From: Blepharisma stoltei ATCC 30299
Taxonomy: Eukaryota; Protista; Ciliophora
Assembly: GCA_965603825.1 (NCBI GenBank)
Contig: CBFDEM010000025.1
Span: 186,001-250,000 of the forward strand
Reading direction: 5' to 3'
Length of the DNA stretch: 64,000 bases
In this document: one piece after another, positions 35,312 through 47,728 of the stretch
How positions within the stretch are numbered: position 1 is the first letter of the stretch
Layout of the letters: each line of letters starts with the position of its first letter
Notes under the pieces: model-generated
Told to the model about the DNA's origin: nothing
Databases searched by the model: none
What the model saw: only the letters and a program-made list of their open reading frames with translations
Position numbers and translations under genes: made by a program

Positions 35312-37378
35312 ATGACTTGTAAACACTTGGATGGCCTAGAGGACAAAATCCAAACACTGAATAGAGATAAAGAAAATACGGTTGACGCTTTAAACAGTCT
35401 CAAATGCAAAAAGTGTGGGGCTGGGGCTCCAGACGTCTGAAATTGCCTTGACAATTCTCCTTATAACACATGCCCTGCAATGCTCTGCTCAGAACACTTA
35501 GAAAACCACGCCAAAAATCGTAATCATACTCTTTATTTTAATATCAGCACCTTGACTACTTTTTGTTTCCAATGCAAGCTGTCAGACGTGAATTGTCTAT
35601 TTTCCTATCGAATGTTTGACAGCATCGCTGAATCAATTGGCTATCACGACCCCAAAAAACGAAATAAAAGACTTACAGGGCTCAAAAATCTAGGAAATAC
35701 TTGCTATATTAATACAGCACTTCAATGCATTGCTCGTATGTTGCCTATCCAAACTTACCTTAGAAACGATCCTTTTTTGAAATATAATCTCAACAAGTCA
35801 GAAGAATATACCTTAATTTATCAATTTCGAGAGATCATTAAAAAATTTTGAAGAGGCCACATCTTAATTTCTCCTGATAGATTCGTGAACCAAATTTATT
35901 GCCTCTCCCCTGATTATAAGCCGAAAACTCAGCAAGATGCCCAAGAATTTATAAGGCTGTTTCTTGACGACATGGACAGCTATCTCCAAAGGAAAACTGG
36001 GAAGAGGTCAATAATATCAGAATCCTTAAAAGGCACTTTAAGATGCGAGATAAAATGCCATAATTGTACAACAGTCCATGTTAAAGAAGAAGAATTTGGA
36101 GAAATATCACTTGCGGTGCCAGAAACAGAAGAAGTTTCTGAATTAGCTGAAAAATCAGAATCTTTATTAGAGAATGAGGATAAAACTTGAATTACAAAGC
36201 AAAATAATTCAATTTTTAACAAAATCAAAACGTAAAATTAATTTAGCATCCTATCATTAAGACCTGAGACCATTGCAAATCTGTATGACTGCCTTATCTC
36301 TTTTTTCCAACCTCAAGAATTAAATACAGAAGGAAATTTATTTTATTGTTCTGCCTGTGATTCCAAAGTGTTGAGCACTCAGCAATATAAAATCAAAGCT
36401 TTTCCAGATATTTTGATTATTAATCTAAAGCGATTTAAATACTCATACTGAGGATCAAAAATTTCCACTCATGTGAATACCCCATTGGTTTTAAACCTTG
36501 GCCAATTCTCTGATTGTGATAATCCAACTTATTATTTATCATCCATTATTCAGCACAGTGGCTTAATTTTTAAAGGCCATTACACTGCCTTTTGTAAAGA
36601 TTTTGAATTTGATAGATGACTAGAATATAATGATAAAAAAGTCCAAGAATGCAGTGAAGACAAAGTAAGGAATGCTCAAGCCTATGTAGCAATCTATACA
36701 AAATTCCCAGTTAAGAGAAAAAAAATCATTCCGAAGGAAAGGCCTGATTTTTTTTTACCAAAAGAATGGGTTTATAGATATTACTCACTGTCCAGCCCAG
36801 GCCCAATATATTTTAGTAAATTTTACTGCAACCATTTATTCTTGAGTATCAATACTCATGAATATGACTTTTTGGGCATCAGTAATGAGCAATGAGAAGA
36901 GCTGAAATTAGAATGAAAATATATAGGCGAACCGCTAAGGTTTAAAAGCCCCTGCAATCAATGTTTAGAAAATAAAGAAAAATTCGCAGCAAGAATTAAT
37001 TTTGAAAAAAATTTATTGGAAAGGATAAAACATGTTTCAAAAGAATACCCAAGATTCTTCATAGCAAAGACGTGGATGAAGAAATGGGAATCATTTTTAG
37101 CTTCTGATTGCAATTTAAATGAATACCCTAAGGCACCTGGGCATATAAATAATCAAGTACTTGCTAACAGCGATGGAGATATTAGAGAAGGGCTGATTTC
37201 TGAAGTGGATTATATTGATATTAATGAAGAATTGTGGAAAATTATTAAGCAAATTTATGGATGCGATATTGAAATTATTAAGGCCAGCAACGATATCTAT
37301 TCAGAAAATGTTGCAGATTTTCACTTATCAGAATTAGATGAAGAAATTGAAGAAGCCATACATAAATTTACAAGTTAA
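35312..37378 (+). CDS. Ubiquitin-specific protease, USP20/33-like (zf-UBP, USP, DUSP-like tail), 683 aa; intron 36232-36246
   Basis: CKKC...DV[W]NCL, GLKNLGNTCYINTALQC, QQDAQEF, LKRF, QHSG...GHYTAF, R[W]LEYND, W..KWESF...PGHINN; 7 in-frame TGAs (35438, 35849, 36188, 36449, 36617, 36893, 36914). Confidence 0.9.
36232..36246 (+). other. 15-nt intron
   Basis: gtaaaattaatttag; removes in-frame TAA within the USP domain. Confidence 0.88.
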
Positions 37379-37392
37379 ACAATATAATTTAT

Positions 37393-38574
37393 TTATCAGG
37401 ATGCTTTAAGCTGCTTTATTAATGCTTCTAGTTCTTTACATCTGACTATTGATTGGTGAAGCTGTGACTCTAAAGCTTGTATATTTGCATTCTTTTTCCT
37501 CAAAATTTCTGTAACTTTCTCTTCAAGTTCTGCTATTTCAAGAGCATGTCTATCTTCATGCTCCTTCATTTCTACAGATATATCAATTTCAAGGTTAGCT
37601 TGGGTATCAATATCATGATAAATTATTTCTGTCTGTGTCTCTTTGTCATCTTTTAACGCTTCAAATTCTGAAACCTCAAAAAAATACTCATCAGATATCT
37701 GAGGCTTCATAATATTTTTTTCCAAGCTGCTACCAATTTCAACAATCTCATTATTAATTTTCACTTTTTCGTCTTCCCTTTTTATGCTTTTTTCATATTT
37801 TATTTTCCAATTTTCTAATTCAGCATTCAAATTTCTTACTTCTTCTTGCAGTTTATTTTCTTTTTCTCTTTGCTCTTTTCTGCATTCGCCATATATTTTA
37901 TTAATTACTTCTTTTATTTGTTCATCCCTTTCTTTTGAAATTTTTTCACAAAATTCGTATTCTTTTTTCTCTAATTCTTCTTCTTTTCGTTTAAGCTTCT
38001 TTTTATAAGCATTTTCCAGTTCTTCTTTCATAACTTGGAGTTGTTTTTGTGACTGATTTTCTATTTCTTCAATTTCTTTTTTCTGCTTATATTTCAAGTC
38101 TTCCATTTCTTCTTGTTTTCTTTGTAGCTGCTCGCTCATATCATTAATTAGATGGTCAATATGAATTTTATGAGACGCTTTAAGCGTAGAAACTTCGCTT
38201 TTAAACTGCTCCATAAGGGTTTTTGTTGCGTTTTCGTGCTGCTGAGATAAAGCTTTCATTCGGTTTGAATGAGATTCAGTTAAAGCTTGGATTGTTTCAT
38301 CGTATTTCTGCTTTATAATTACTTCAGATAAAATATCTCTTTCTTCTTTGCTTCGTTTGGACTCGGTGTGCAGCATTAATTTTGACTTTGATTTTTCGTA
38401 TTCTAACTAATTAGAGCTTACTTCTTTTTGTTTGCTTTCTATAAACAGCTGGGCCATATCTGTGTAGATTGGAGCTGTGACGCCAGGGATGTAGCCAAAT
38501 CCTCTAGAGGATTGTGAAATATTTGCGGAGCTAGGGCGAATTGACTGCTTTGCTTTAATTTTGTTGCCTTTCAT
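37393..38574 (-). CDS. Coiled-coil protein with CEP131/AZI1-like C-terminus, 388 aa; intron 38407-38421
   Basis: ATG 38574; tail EIAELEEKVTEILRKKNANIQALESQL...RCKELEALI resembles the CEP131 C-terminus (tentative); ends TGA-TAA. Confidence 0.7.
38407..38421 (-). other. 15-nt intron
   Basis: gtaagctctaattag, phase 0, in-frame TAG. Confidence 0.82.
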
Positions 38575-38779
38575 ATAATAAATATGATTCAGTAGAGAGC
38601 AAGAAAACTGGGATTAGATCATATGTAGTTAAGCAAATAAAAAAGCATATTTAAGGGTTTTGAGATGATAATTTAAAGGTAAAATTGTTATGGATATAAA
38701 TTTTTTATATTTTTTTAACTAATGATGTATTTTTGATATGAAAGAAGTAATTAATTAAGTTATTCAGATCTCTCTTCTC

Positions 38780-39052
38780 TTAAAATACATTGCAGTTAAG
38801 ACAAGCAGATTTTCTTTTCTCAACTTTTGGGCTCGAGCTGTGGCTGAACGATTTAATTGATTTATTCTCGTTAACCAGAATAGATACGAGAGTGCGATGA
38901 ACACTCTCAGCCTTGGTAGTTTCTAAATTATGAGTTTGACTCTCACTAAGACATTGGTTAGCCAATGATGGAGATTTTTCTGTTACATTTCCATCAATGC
39001 TGTCTATACTGATTTTATCCTCCATGCTATATGTTGAGTTGATTGTATCCAT
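38780..39052 (-). CDS. Small 90-aa protein ending in a CaaX-like prenylation motif
   Basis: C-terminus KRKSACLNCNVF then TAA. Confidence 0.65.
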   Translation of the reverse strand: MDTINSTYSMEDKISIDSIDGNVTEKSPSLANQCLSESQTHNLETTKAESVHRTLVSILVNENKSIKSFSHSSSPKVEKRKSACLNCNVF

Positions 39053-39158
39053 AATGTTAAATTATATGAGACTTAAACAATAATCTTATTCGCAACCATA
39101 TAAATTAACATTGATTAATTAATGCGAATGATAAAAATGTACCTTTGATTATCGTAAA

Positions 39159-40361
39159 ATGAGGCTGCTATATATAGGAGCTACCTGACCTCAGCCATGA
39201 GTAACTGCTGCAGGCGTTAGAACAATTGGTTTGATTAATGCTTTTAAAAGTTTTGGCTACAATGTTAAATTTTTGAGTATTAAAAAAGAAAACCCCTCGC
39301 AAATCAAAGGAATTGAAGAAGTTGGGGTGGAAAGGCATTTTTGCGCAGCAAATGATGAGGAAACATTTAAATCACTTACAAATGAAGAAGATATATGTGT
39401 ATTTGAAACAGCAAGGGTTGAGGAAATGTTTGGGCATATGGTCTATCAATTTCTTCCAGCCTGCAAAAGAGTGATTGATACTCAAGACCTTCACTTTTTG
39501 AGACTGGCAAGAGAAAAGATGATTAATGATAAGAGCATTGAGCAGATAAAGAACATTGAAATTAATTGGAAAGAAGAAGATGTGACCCGAGAAATTTCAG
39601 CCATGCTAAGATCTCATAGCACAATACTAACTTCAGAGTTTGAGCAGAGGCTAATACAAAAGCACTTTCCTTTTATTAAAACAGTTTGTTTGCCGTTCTT
39701 CTATTCTGATCAAGAAATCAATGAAAATAGCAGAAAAAATTGTCACCTTAGGTATCGAGATAATTTTGTATGAATTGGAAATTTTACCCACCCTCCAAAT
39801 GTAGATGCAGTCAATTATATGGTAGAAAAAATTTGGCCTGCTATTAGAACAGCACTTGGATGTGAGCTGCATATTTATGGCGCACATTGCCCAAATAGCG
39901 AAGCATGAAGATCAAATGGAGTAGTTGTAAAAGGGCCGATGAAGAGTCTTGAAACTTTGAAGAAATACAGAGTTCTGCTTGCTCCTATAAGATATGGAGC
40001 TGGAATAAAAGGGAAAATTACTGATAGTTTTCTGTATGGGCTGCCTGTTTTAACTACTTCGATTGGAGCAGAAGGAATTGACCCTTTTCCTGGAGTAATT
40101 GCAAACTCAACAGAATCTTTGATAGACGCTGCTATAAGCATGTATGACAATACCATTTTGCTTCAAAATTGCCAGCTAAAAGGCTTTAGCATTCTAAAAG
40201 AAAAATTTTCAAACTCCAAAAACTCATATCTATTACAAAATCATATTAGGGGATTAGAAGATAAGCCTTTGCATTCAGTTATGTTTAGTGAAACTATGAG
40301 ATCTACATTTTATTTCTCTAAGTACCTGCAGGCTAAAAATAGTAAAACAAATAGTAAGTAA
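39159..40361 (+). CDS. GT4/GT-B-fold glycosyltransferase-like protein, 400 aa
   Basis: MRLLYIGAT[W]PQP[W]VTAAGVR, EEMFG, IDTQDLHFLRLAR, V[W]IGNFTHPPNVDAV, LLAPIRYGAGIKGKI, TTSIGAEG; TGA at 39186, 39198, 39771, 39906. Confidence 0.87.
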
Positions 40362-40559
40362 TTTATTTCATTGAAAATTTAATTAAATAATATATCATAT
40401 ATTGGACTATAGAATTTTAAAGATTGGCAATTATCTTAATTTTGAGCCAAAAATTGATAGTTATTTTTTATTCCTCACCTCAAATCTTAAAATTGTTGCC
40501 ACCCTTTATAATAACTGTCCAGTATTTTTGAAATATAAACCAAATTATAAACGTTAAAT

Positions 40560-42419
40560 ATGCATTTGGCATCAACGCCAGCATGGAGTTTTGCCCAGAA
40601 ATATACAAACAAGCTAGAGTCCCAAGCACCTGGACCAGGATCGTATTCGCCAAAAGGAGGGCGTCATGAACAATCTCCTCAATATCGAATTGGAACAAGT
40701 AAAAGGCACGATTTTACAAAAGGCTCCGCAAATTCTCCAGGCCCAGGAGCTTATGACCCTGACAAAAAGGAACATTCTCCAGCTCCTAAGATGGGAAACA
40801 GCAAAAGAGATCCCTTAAGTGATACCTTAGCTAATCCAGGTCCTGGAACATACCAGATTCCTTCAAAAATCCAAGAAGGGCCTCAGTACAGCATCCAGCG
40901 CAAGTATTCTTCCAAAGGCTTTGGAGACTCTCCAGGCCCAGGACAATATGAGCAAGGACTTAATGATTTCACAGCCAAAGAAAGGCCTACAAGTGCTAGG
41001 ATCGGTACTGCTCGAAGGGATGATCTAACAGACAAGCATGCAGCTGCCTATCCAGGTCCTGGTACATATGAGCATAGACCTCAAAGTGCAGGTCCCAAAT
41101 GAGCATTTGGCAATGAAGCAAGATCTAAATTTAATAAATCAGATGAGCCTGGTCCTGGGACTTATGAAATGGGAGGAACTTTAAATGTGAAAGGATGGAG
41201 TATTAGTGGGAAATACCCAGATGGAGTAGGAACTGACAAACTCAATGCTCCTGGCCCTGGGGCTTATGATCCTGAAATTAATTCAAAATTGCCTTCATAT
41301 TCTATTGGCAGGTCTGGAAGAAGTGATTTTACAAAAAATGGGGAATGGCAGCCAGGACCTGGAGCTTATGACCAATCTTTAAGACCAAGCTCATCAGGTC
41401 CAAAGCTGGGAACTGGGAAAAGGCCACCTTTATCAGAAGCTGAAAACACACCTGGTCCTGGAGCTTATAATTATAAAAGCACAAATGAGAGTCCTCAATA
41501 CTCAATGCCTGGAAGGACAGGTAAAGAAGGAAGGCCACTAACTCCAGGTCCTGGACATTACAACCCAGCTGGCTCCATTACTGAAAGAGGATCACCTTCA
41601 TATAGAATTGGCAGTGCCAGGCGAGATGATGACAAGCCTGATAGTGTCCGAAATAGATATCCAGGACCTGGTAGCTACTCAAGCAGACCTCAAAGTGCAG
41701 GGCCAAAATGGGGATTTGGGACTGAAAAAAGAGACAAAATAAATGGAAATAATAGTGTAGGACCTGGCCAATATGAAATGAGAAGCAGTTTAGACCAAAA
41801 AGCATGGAGTATGTCAGGCAGACATCCAAATCTAGATGAAAAAAATGGAGAATACCCAGGACCTGGAGCTTATAACCCTAAAGGAAGCTATGGATCACCT
41901 AACTATGGTTTTGGCACAAGCAAAAGACCTCAGTCAGCAGGTGCTCACTCTCCAGGCCCTGGAGCTTATAATGTTAGAAAAGACTTCAACAAAACAGCGC
42001 CTCTATTTGGGACAGGAAAGAGACCACCATTATCAACAATCACAGACACACCAGGACCAGGAGGTTATAATCTTAATAGTGCCAGAAGTGGCCCAGCCTA
42101 CTCTATGAGCGCAAGAACATTAAATGATAAGAATTATGTGACACCAGGGCCAGGAGCGTATAACCCAAGCTTATATTCAGGAAATCCCAGCTGAAGTGTA
42201 GGAAGAGAAAAAAGAAACGAAATTCATAGCTTGTCTAAGTCTCAAAGCGCAGTTGGACCAGGATTTTATGATATAAGAGGACAACTAGGCGGTCCTAAGT
42301 GGGGATTTGGAACGTCTTCAAGATCGTCTAAAGTAAGGTCAGACTCCCCTGGACCTGGAAACTATGAAATTCGATCATCCATTTCAAATTTGCCGAGCTA
42401 CGCAAGAGTAGGCCGTTAG
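40560..42419 (+). CDS. Sperm-tail PG-rich (STPG/SHIPPO/ODF3-like) repeat microtubule-associated protein, 619 aa
   Basis: About 18 PGPGxY repeats; three track ORFs joined through TGA 41100-41102 and 42192-42194; TAG stop. Confidence 0.9.
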
Positions 42420-42653
42420 AAATATCAATATTTAAGTCCTTTAAAATTATTATTTAAAAATATGCTGCATTAACAAATATGACTCCTTGTACAATTCTTG
42501 CAATTTTTTGACAGAAAATTATAAGATTTATTAGATTAAAAGAAGAAGTCGCTTATATAACCTAAAGAAAATTATCAAGGTATCATATCTAATTTGTCCG
42601 TTATAGATTGTGAAATGGACATATAAAGATAGAGATAATATGGGATTATTAAA

Positions 42654-43226
42654 ATGGCTTCTTCAAGCTTCTTGGAGAGATTTAAAAATAAAACACAAAC
42701 TCTAGGAAGAACAGGTGAAATCGGAACTGGTGAGTCTAAAGCTGTATCAAAATTGCCTGAGTTTATAGATCGCTTACAGTCAACTTCATCTTTTTCTCCA
42801 TATCGTCAACAAAACAATTCTATTCACGCGAAGTTAAAACTTCCCAAATTGGAGAGTAAAGAAACTCTTGAAAACTCCAAAACCCCAAGACCAATTATAA
42901 AGCCTTCACCAGAGGCTACATCTCGGATTTTAACTGATATTTATCAAGAAAACAGTAAAAGTCCTCTGAAAAGAAGGATAAAGAATAAAAGCATGGAACG
43001 ACTGCCTGAAGCAAATTCTAAAGGCATAGTAAGCTTAAAATCAAAAATGGATAAAATGAAATTTTCAATAAATCAAAATAGAAATGATAATACTCATTTC
43101 ACAGACAGGAGTTATCAAAGTAAGGAAAAGGTGCTTCCACCTATTTATAGATATCAATCTGAAACTCGAAGAGTTGATCATTCATTTTTAAAGCCTCCAA
43201 TTTATTCTTCTTTTGGGAGGCAATAA
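42654..43226 (+). CDS. Hypothetical basic, S/K-rich disordered protein, 190 aa
   Basis: ATG to TAA ORF, no recognisable domain. Confidence 0.62.
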   Translation: MASSSFLERFKNKTQTLGRTGEIGTGESKAVSKLPEFIDRLQSTSSFSPYRQQNNSIHAKLKLPKLESKETLENSKTPRPIIKPSPEATSRILTDIYQENSKSPLKRRIKNKSMERLPEANSKGIVSLKSKMDKMKFSINQNRNDNTHFTDRSYQSKEKVLPPIYRYQSETRRVDHSFLKPPIYSSFGRQ

Positions 43227-43469
43227 ATTTCAGAAACAAATTTTAAATTTTAAATAAATAATCAATCAATTAGATAGGCTGAAAATAATTTGGTGTATCT
43301 GCTTTAAAAATAAATTTTATTATAATACCAATTTGAAAGCTCTTTTTAAATTAAAAAATATTTAAGCATAAAGCTAAAATATAATTTAATAAAAATTAGG
43401 TTAAAATAAAGTATCTCAAAAAATGATCTCCATCTTTCTATATATTTTTACAAATAAAATACATAATCA

Positions 43470-44288
43470 ATGATGCCATATCAAAGAAGTGGTCTTTTAC
43501 GATACAAAAGGGGGAATACATACAATATGCCTAAACCTCCGACAAATCATGAAGATAAGCATTTGGCTCAAAAATTGCAAGCAGAAGAAGATGAGAAACT
43601 AGCTTTGAAACTAGCCAGGGAGCAAGAAGAGGGGTATAAGTACGTCGCTTATGATATATTAACTAATGAGAAAAAGAAAAATGCCAGTAGCGGCAAGAAT
43701 TATGATAAGAAGAGTAGTAATTTCATTTCAGATCAAAAATTTGTTTTAAATCCCGAACAATTATATGAAGAAATTAAAATTAATCCTCATGAACAAATTA
43801 AATTAGATGAAGAAATTGCTAAGGAAATAGAACAACAAGAATTAGCGAACTCAAAAAAATCAAACCATCATCAAAAAAACCGATATGACCCATCATTTGA
43901 TAATACTCGGTCTTTTATGCCCCCAAGACATAATCATAATCATCATCGAGCAGTTTATTCAAGCAACCCTCTTCACAATTCGCATCAGCGAGGATCAGAT
44001 CCATGAGACAACCAAAGCTATGAGCAATTATTGGAATTAGATAAAGACATGTATAATAAAGGAAACGGTATAAAAACTTACGAACTTGACGCAATTCCTA
44101 TTTCCCAATATAATTCAAGCAATAATAAAGAAGAGTCAACTTGCAATATATGCCTAGAGGATTTCCAGGATGGTGAAACCATTATTAGGCTGCCGTGCAT
44201 GCATATCTTTCATAAAAATTGTGGTGATGATTGATTAGAAAGAAAAAATTCATGCCCGATATGCAAGATTTCTGTTATTGAACATTAA
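43470..44288 (+). CDS. RING-H2 E3 ubiquitin ligase with ubiquitin-binding-like (MIU/UIM-type) helices, 272 aa
   Basis: DKHLAQKLQAEE, DEKLALKLAREQ, DEEIAKEIEQQE; SYEQLLEL; CNICLEDF...LPCMHIFHKNCGDD[W]LERKNSCPICK; TGA 44004 and 44232. Confidence 0.9.
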
Positions 44289-44316
44289 AAATAAGCGAAT
44301 AATCTTTAAAAATTAT

Positions 44317-45924
44317 TTATGACCTTGAAGCATACTTCATATAAAGCTGCTGTGAAATGCGTAAAATTCTTGTTGGTTCTAAATATTGATTACTGTTCAC
44401 TTTAGCTGTATAGTCAGGTACATATAGATTCATAGGCTCATTTAAAGCTTTTACCCCTAAGCAGTGATAAGGTCCTGCTTCTGAAGTAATACCTTCGTTT
44501 CCTATAGTCAGTTCAACTTGCCCGCTTAAAATCAAATAGAAGAAGCTGCAAGCCATCCCTTTCTGGCATAAAATTTTTCTTGGAAGCCCATCATCAGGCT
44601 TTTGATCTCCATCCATTGAATGCGATACTGAATTGTCTGATTCATACTTAATGTCTTCAATGCTGATAATTTCTTCATCCTCTTCTCCGTTCATCATTAA
44701 AATTCTTGCCTTGTTTATCAGTTTTGTGAGATTTTTGCTTGAAATTCTATCAGGATGAAATGGCTCTACACTTTTCACTAAAAAGCTTTTTATTACTTCA
44801 AGCTCCGTCTCAGTCATCACAGATTTGCTTGGAAAAATTGAAAACAGAACTGTGCTGCTGACTTTATGAAGTTTATTAGTTTTTGCTTTTAATCTGTTAA
44901 CATCATGCTCATCTTCTATTTCTTGCTGTATTAAAGTTTCAATGATGTCTTCCATTGTGATTATTCCTACTGGAGAATAATAAGGATCTTTGCCTCCATC
45001 CACGACAACTTCCTGAACAACTGCAATGTGGGACTTTCCTGCTTTGAAGTCTTTTAATAAATCTTCAACTGGTACTTCTATATTTACTGTCATGATTGGC
45101 CTTATAAAAATACATTTGCTGCTCCACATCTTGATAAATTTGTCTATGCTTACAAACATCAGGTCTTTCGCCATGAGGACACCTATGATATTTTCTCTCC
45201 TTCCTTCATAAACAGGAATTCTGCTGTATCCTTTATCATAAATTTTTTTAATTTTTTCTATATTCAGGGTCTTTGCTGAATTCAGCATAAATGCCTTGTC
45301 AAGAGGAGTCATAATCGAGTAGAGCTTGGTATCTGAAAAGTCCATGGCTGAAGTCAATATTTTTTGCTGCTCTGGATTTAAACGGGCTTCCCTTTCATAA
45401 ATATTGAAAAGTGCCTTCATTTGTGCTTTGGTAAATTTTGTTCCTGGGTCATCTCCCAGCAAATAGTCTAAGACTACACTTATAGGCTTTGCTATGATAT
45501 ATTCAATAACGATCAAGGTACGCACGAGCCAAACCACCTTGGCTCCTATTATTAGTCCGTACCGACCACAGATAGCTTGAGGAATTATCTCGCCAAAAAT
45601 AACTATAAGTGATGTCGAAATAAAAAATCCTTCTAAACTACCTTCAATATCAGACATCACAATTGAAAGAGCTGAGCCTGCCCCAACTGTTCCAATAATC
45701 AGTGTACATAAAAGCAAGTTACCCCTTTTTCTGATAGGAGCAATTTTTCTGGCATTGTCAGCTTGCTTTCTGCTGTCCTCATCCTTGACTTCTTGCTCCA
45801 TAAGGACTTGCAAGGTAGCATTGTCCAGTCCTAAGACTCCTAAGGTGAGACCATTGAAGAGTGAGTTGATGCAGATTAGGACAATAATCACAGGTATGGA
45901 TCAGTATAAATCACTGTCGCTCAT
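44317..45924 (-). CDS. CNNM/DUF21-CBS metal transporter with C-terminal CNBH-like domain, 535 aa
   Basis: FNGLTLGVLGLD, GNLLLCTL, IFGEIIPQAIC, IMTPLD, GYSRIPVYEG, GIITMEDIIE; true start ATG 45924 through TGA 45901-45903. Confidence 0.92.
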
Positions 45925-46022
45925 AAATATTTAATAAATAATTATTTAGCAACAGATAAGCTTATCCATATAATTCTTAAACGGTTACCAGTTAGTTTTA
46001 GAATTTCTTGTTGTAATAAATA

Positions 46023-47645
46023 ATGATCAGAAAGCTGTTCCGGAGCCACGGGTTCTTATCTCAAGTCATAGAAAGCTCAGTAAACCCAGCATCTTCTGAG
46101 TTCCTAGACAACCAGTCCCAATTTTTGCGTCTCCGGCAAGAACTGCTTTCGAAAATTGAAAAGGTTAAACTAGGTGGAGGCCACAATTCAACTGAGCGAC
46201 ACAAATCAAGAGGAAAATTAATTCCAAGAGACCGTGTGAATGCCCTAATTGATAAAGGCTCCCCCTTCTTAGAACTTTCTCAGTTAGCAGCCTACGATAT
46301 GTATGGCGAAGATGTCCCGAGTGCTGGCATAATCACAGGCATTGGAAGAATCCAAGATCAGCAATGCATAATTGTATGCAATGACGCCACTGTTAAAGGA
46401 GGAACCTATTACCCTACTACTGTTAAAAAACACTTAAGAGCACAAGAAATAGCTTTGGAGAATGGGCTGCCTTGTATTTACATTGTTGACTCAGGTGGAG
46501 CAAATCTCCCTCGACAGGATGAAGTTTTCCCTGACAAAGAACACTTTGGAAGAATTTTTTATAATCAGGCCAAGCTTTCGAGTGCTGGGATCCCACAAAT
46601 TTCTATTGTGTGTGGCTCTTGCACCGCAGGTGGAGCATATGTTCCAGCTATGAGTGATGAAAATGTGATAGTAAATGGAAATGGGACCATCTTCCTTGGA
46701 GGACCTCCACTAGTAAAAGCTGCGACTGGAGAAATCGTATCAGCAGAAGACTTAGGAGGAACCACTTTGCATTGCACCACAAGTGGTCTTACAGATCATT
46801 TTGCTAAAAATGAAGCCCATGCTTTACAGCTTGCTAGAGACATTATCAAAAACTTGAGGTCTCAAGAAAATAAAGTAGAAGAAGAAGTTGAGGAGCCGCT
46901 TTATAGCATAGAAGATTTAGCTGGCATTGTTGCAGTTGACGGGAAAAAGCCATTTGACATAAGAGAAGTCATTGCAAGAATCGTTGACGGCAGCAGATTT
47001 CACGAGTTTAAAAAAGGATATGGAACCACCTTGGTGACTGGATTTGCAAAGCTTTATGGGATGAATATAGGGATTGTAGCAAATAATGGAATTTTGTTTT
47101 CAGAATCGTCACTTAAAGGAAGCCACTTTATTCAATTGTGTGACCAAAGAAGAATTCCTTTGTTTTTCTTACAGAATATCACAGGATTTATGGTTGGACA
47201 GCAGTATGAAGCTGAAGGTATTGCGAAACATGGAGCAAAAATGGTTAACGCTGTAGCTACAAGTACAGTGCCAAAGATCACTTTGTTATTAGGAGCAAGC
47301 TATGGAGCTGGAAATTACGGAATGTGCGGAAGAGCATATGGCCCAAGATTCTTATATATGTGGCCTTCTGCCAAAATTTCAGTTATGGGAGGAACTCAAG
47401 CTGCAAATGTCCTTGCTGAAGTAAACGCAAACAAAGGTAAATGGAGCAAGGAAGAAGAAAATGAATTCAAAGACAAAATCATTGCAAAATACGATAAAGA
47501 AGGTTCGGCCTATTACTCTACTGCAAGATTGTGGGATGATGGAGTCATTGATCCATTCCAAACAAGACAAATTTTAGGTTTAAGCCTTTTTGCTACTCTG
47601 AATAAAGAAGCAGAAAAGACTTCACATGCAGTTTTTAGGATGTAA
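46023..47645 (+). CDS. MCCC2: Methylcrotonoyl-CoA carboxylase beta subunit, 540 aa
   Basis: [74 protein letters not shown]-terminal VFRM. Confidence 0.95.
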   Translation: MIRKLFRSHGFLSQVIESSVNPASSEFLDNQSQFLRLRQELLSKIEKVKLGGGHNSTERHKSRGKLIPRDRVNALIDKGSPFLELSQLAAYDMYGEDVPSAGIITGIGRIQDQQCIIVCNDATVKGGTYYPTTVKKHLRAQEIALENGLPCIYIVDSGGANLPRQDEVFPDKEHFGRIFYNQAKLSSAGIPQISIVCGSCTAGGAYVPAMSDENVIVNGNGTIFLGGPPLVKAATGEIVSAEDLGGTTLHCTTSGLTDHFAKNEAHALQLARDIIKNLRSQENKVEEEVEEPLYSIEDLAGIVAVDGKKPFDIREVIARIVDGSRFHEFKKGYGTTLVTGFAKLYGMNIGIVANNGILFSESSLKGSHFIQLCDQRRIPLFFLQNITGFMVGQQYEAEGIAKHGAKMVNAVATSTVPKITLLLGASYGAGNYGMCGRAYGPRFLYMWPSAKISVMGGTQAANVLAEVNANKGKWSKEEENEFKDKIIAKYDKEGSAYYSTARLWDDGVIDPFQTRQILGLSLFATLNKEAEKTSHAVFRM

Positions 47646-47728
47646 ACATCTAAAATAAATTTATTTATTGGCGACTTACCATTATAAATAATTATCTTTC
47701 TCTAACATATATTAATTGACTATGTAAA

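Noticed and set aside
40560-42419. Recurring ccaggacctggagcttat-like motif as a CRISPR array or satellite
   Set aside because: Copies vary at synonymous positions and encode PGPGxY; it is a coding repeat
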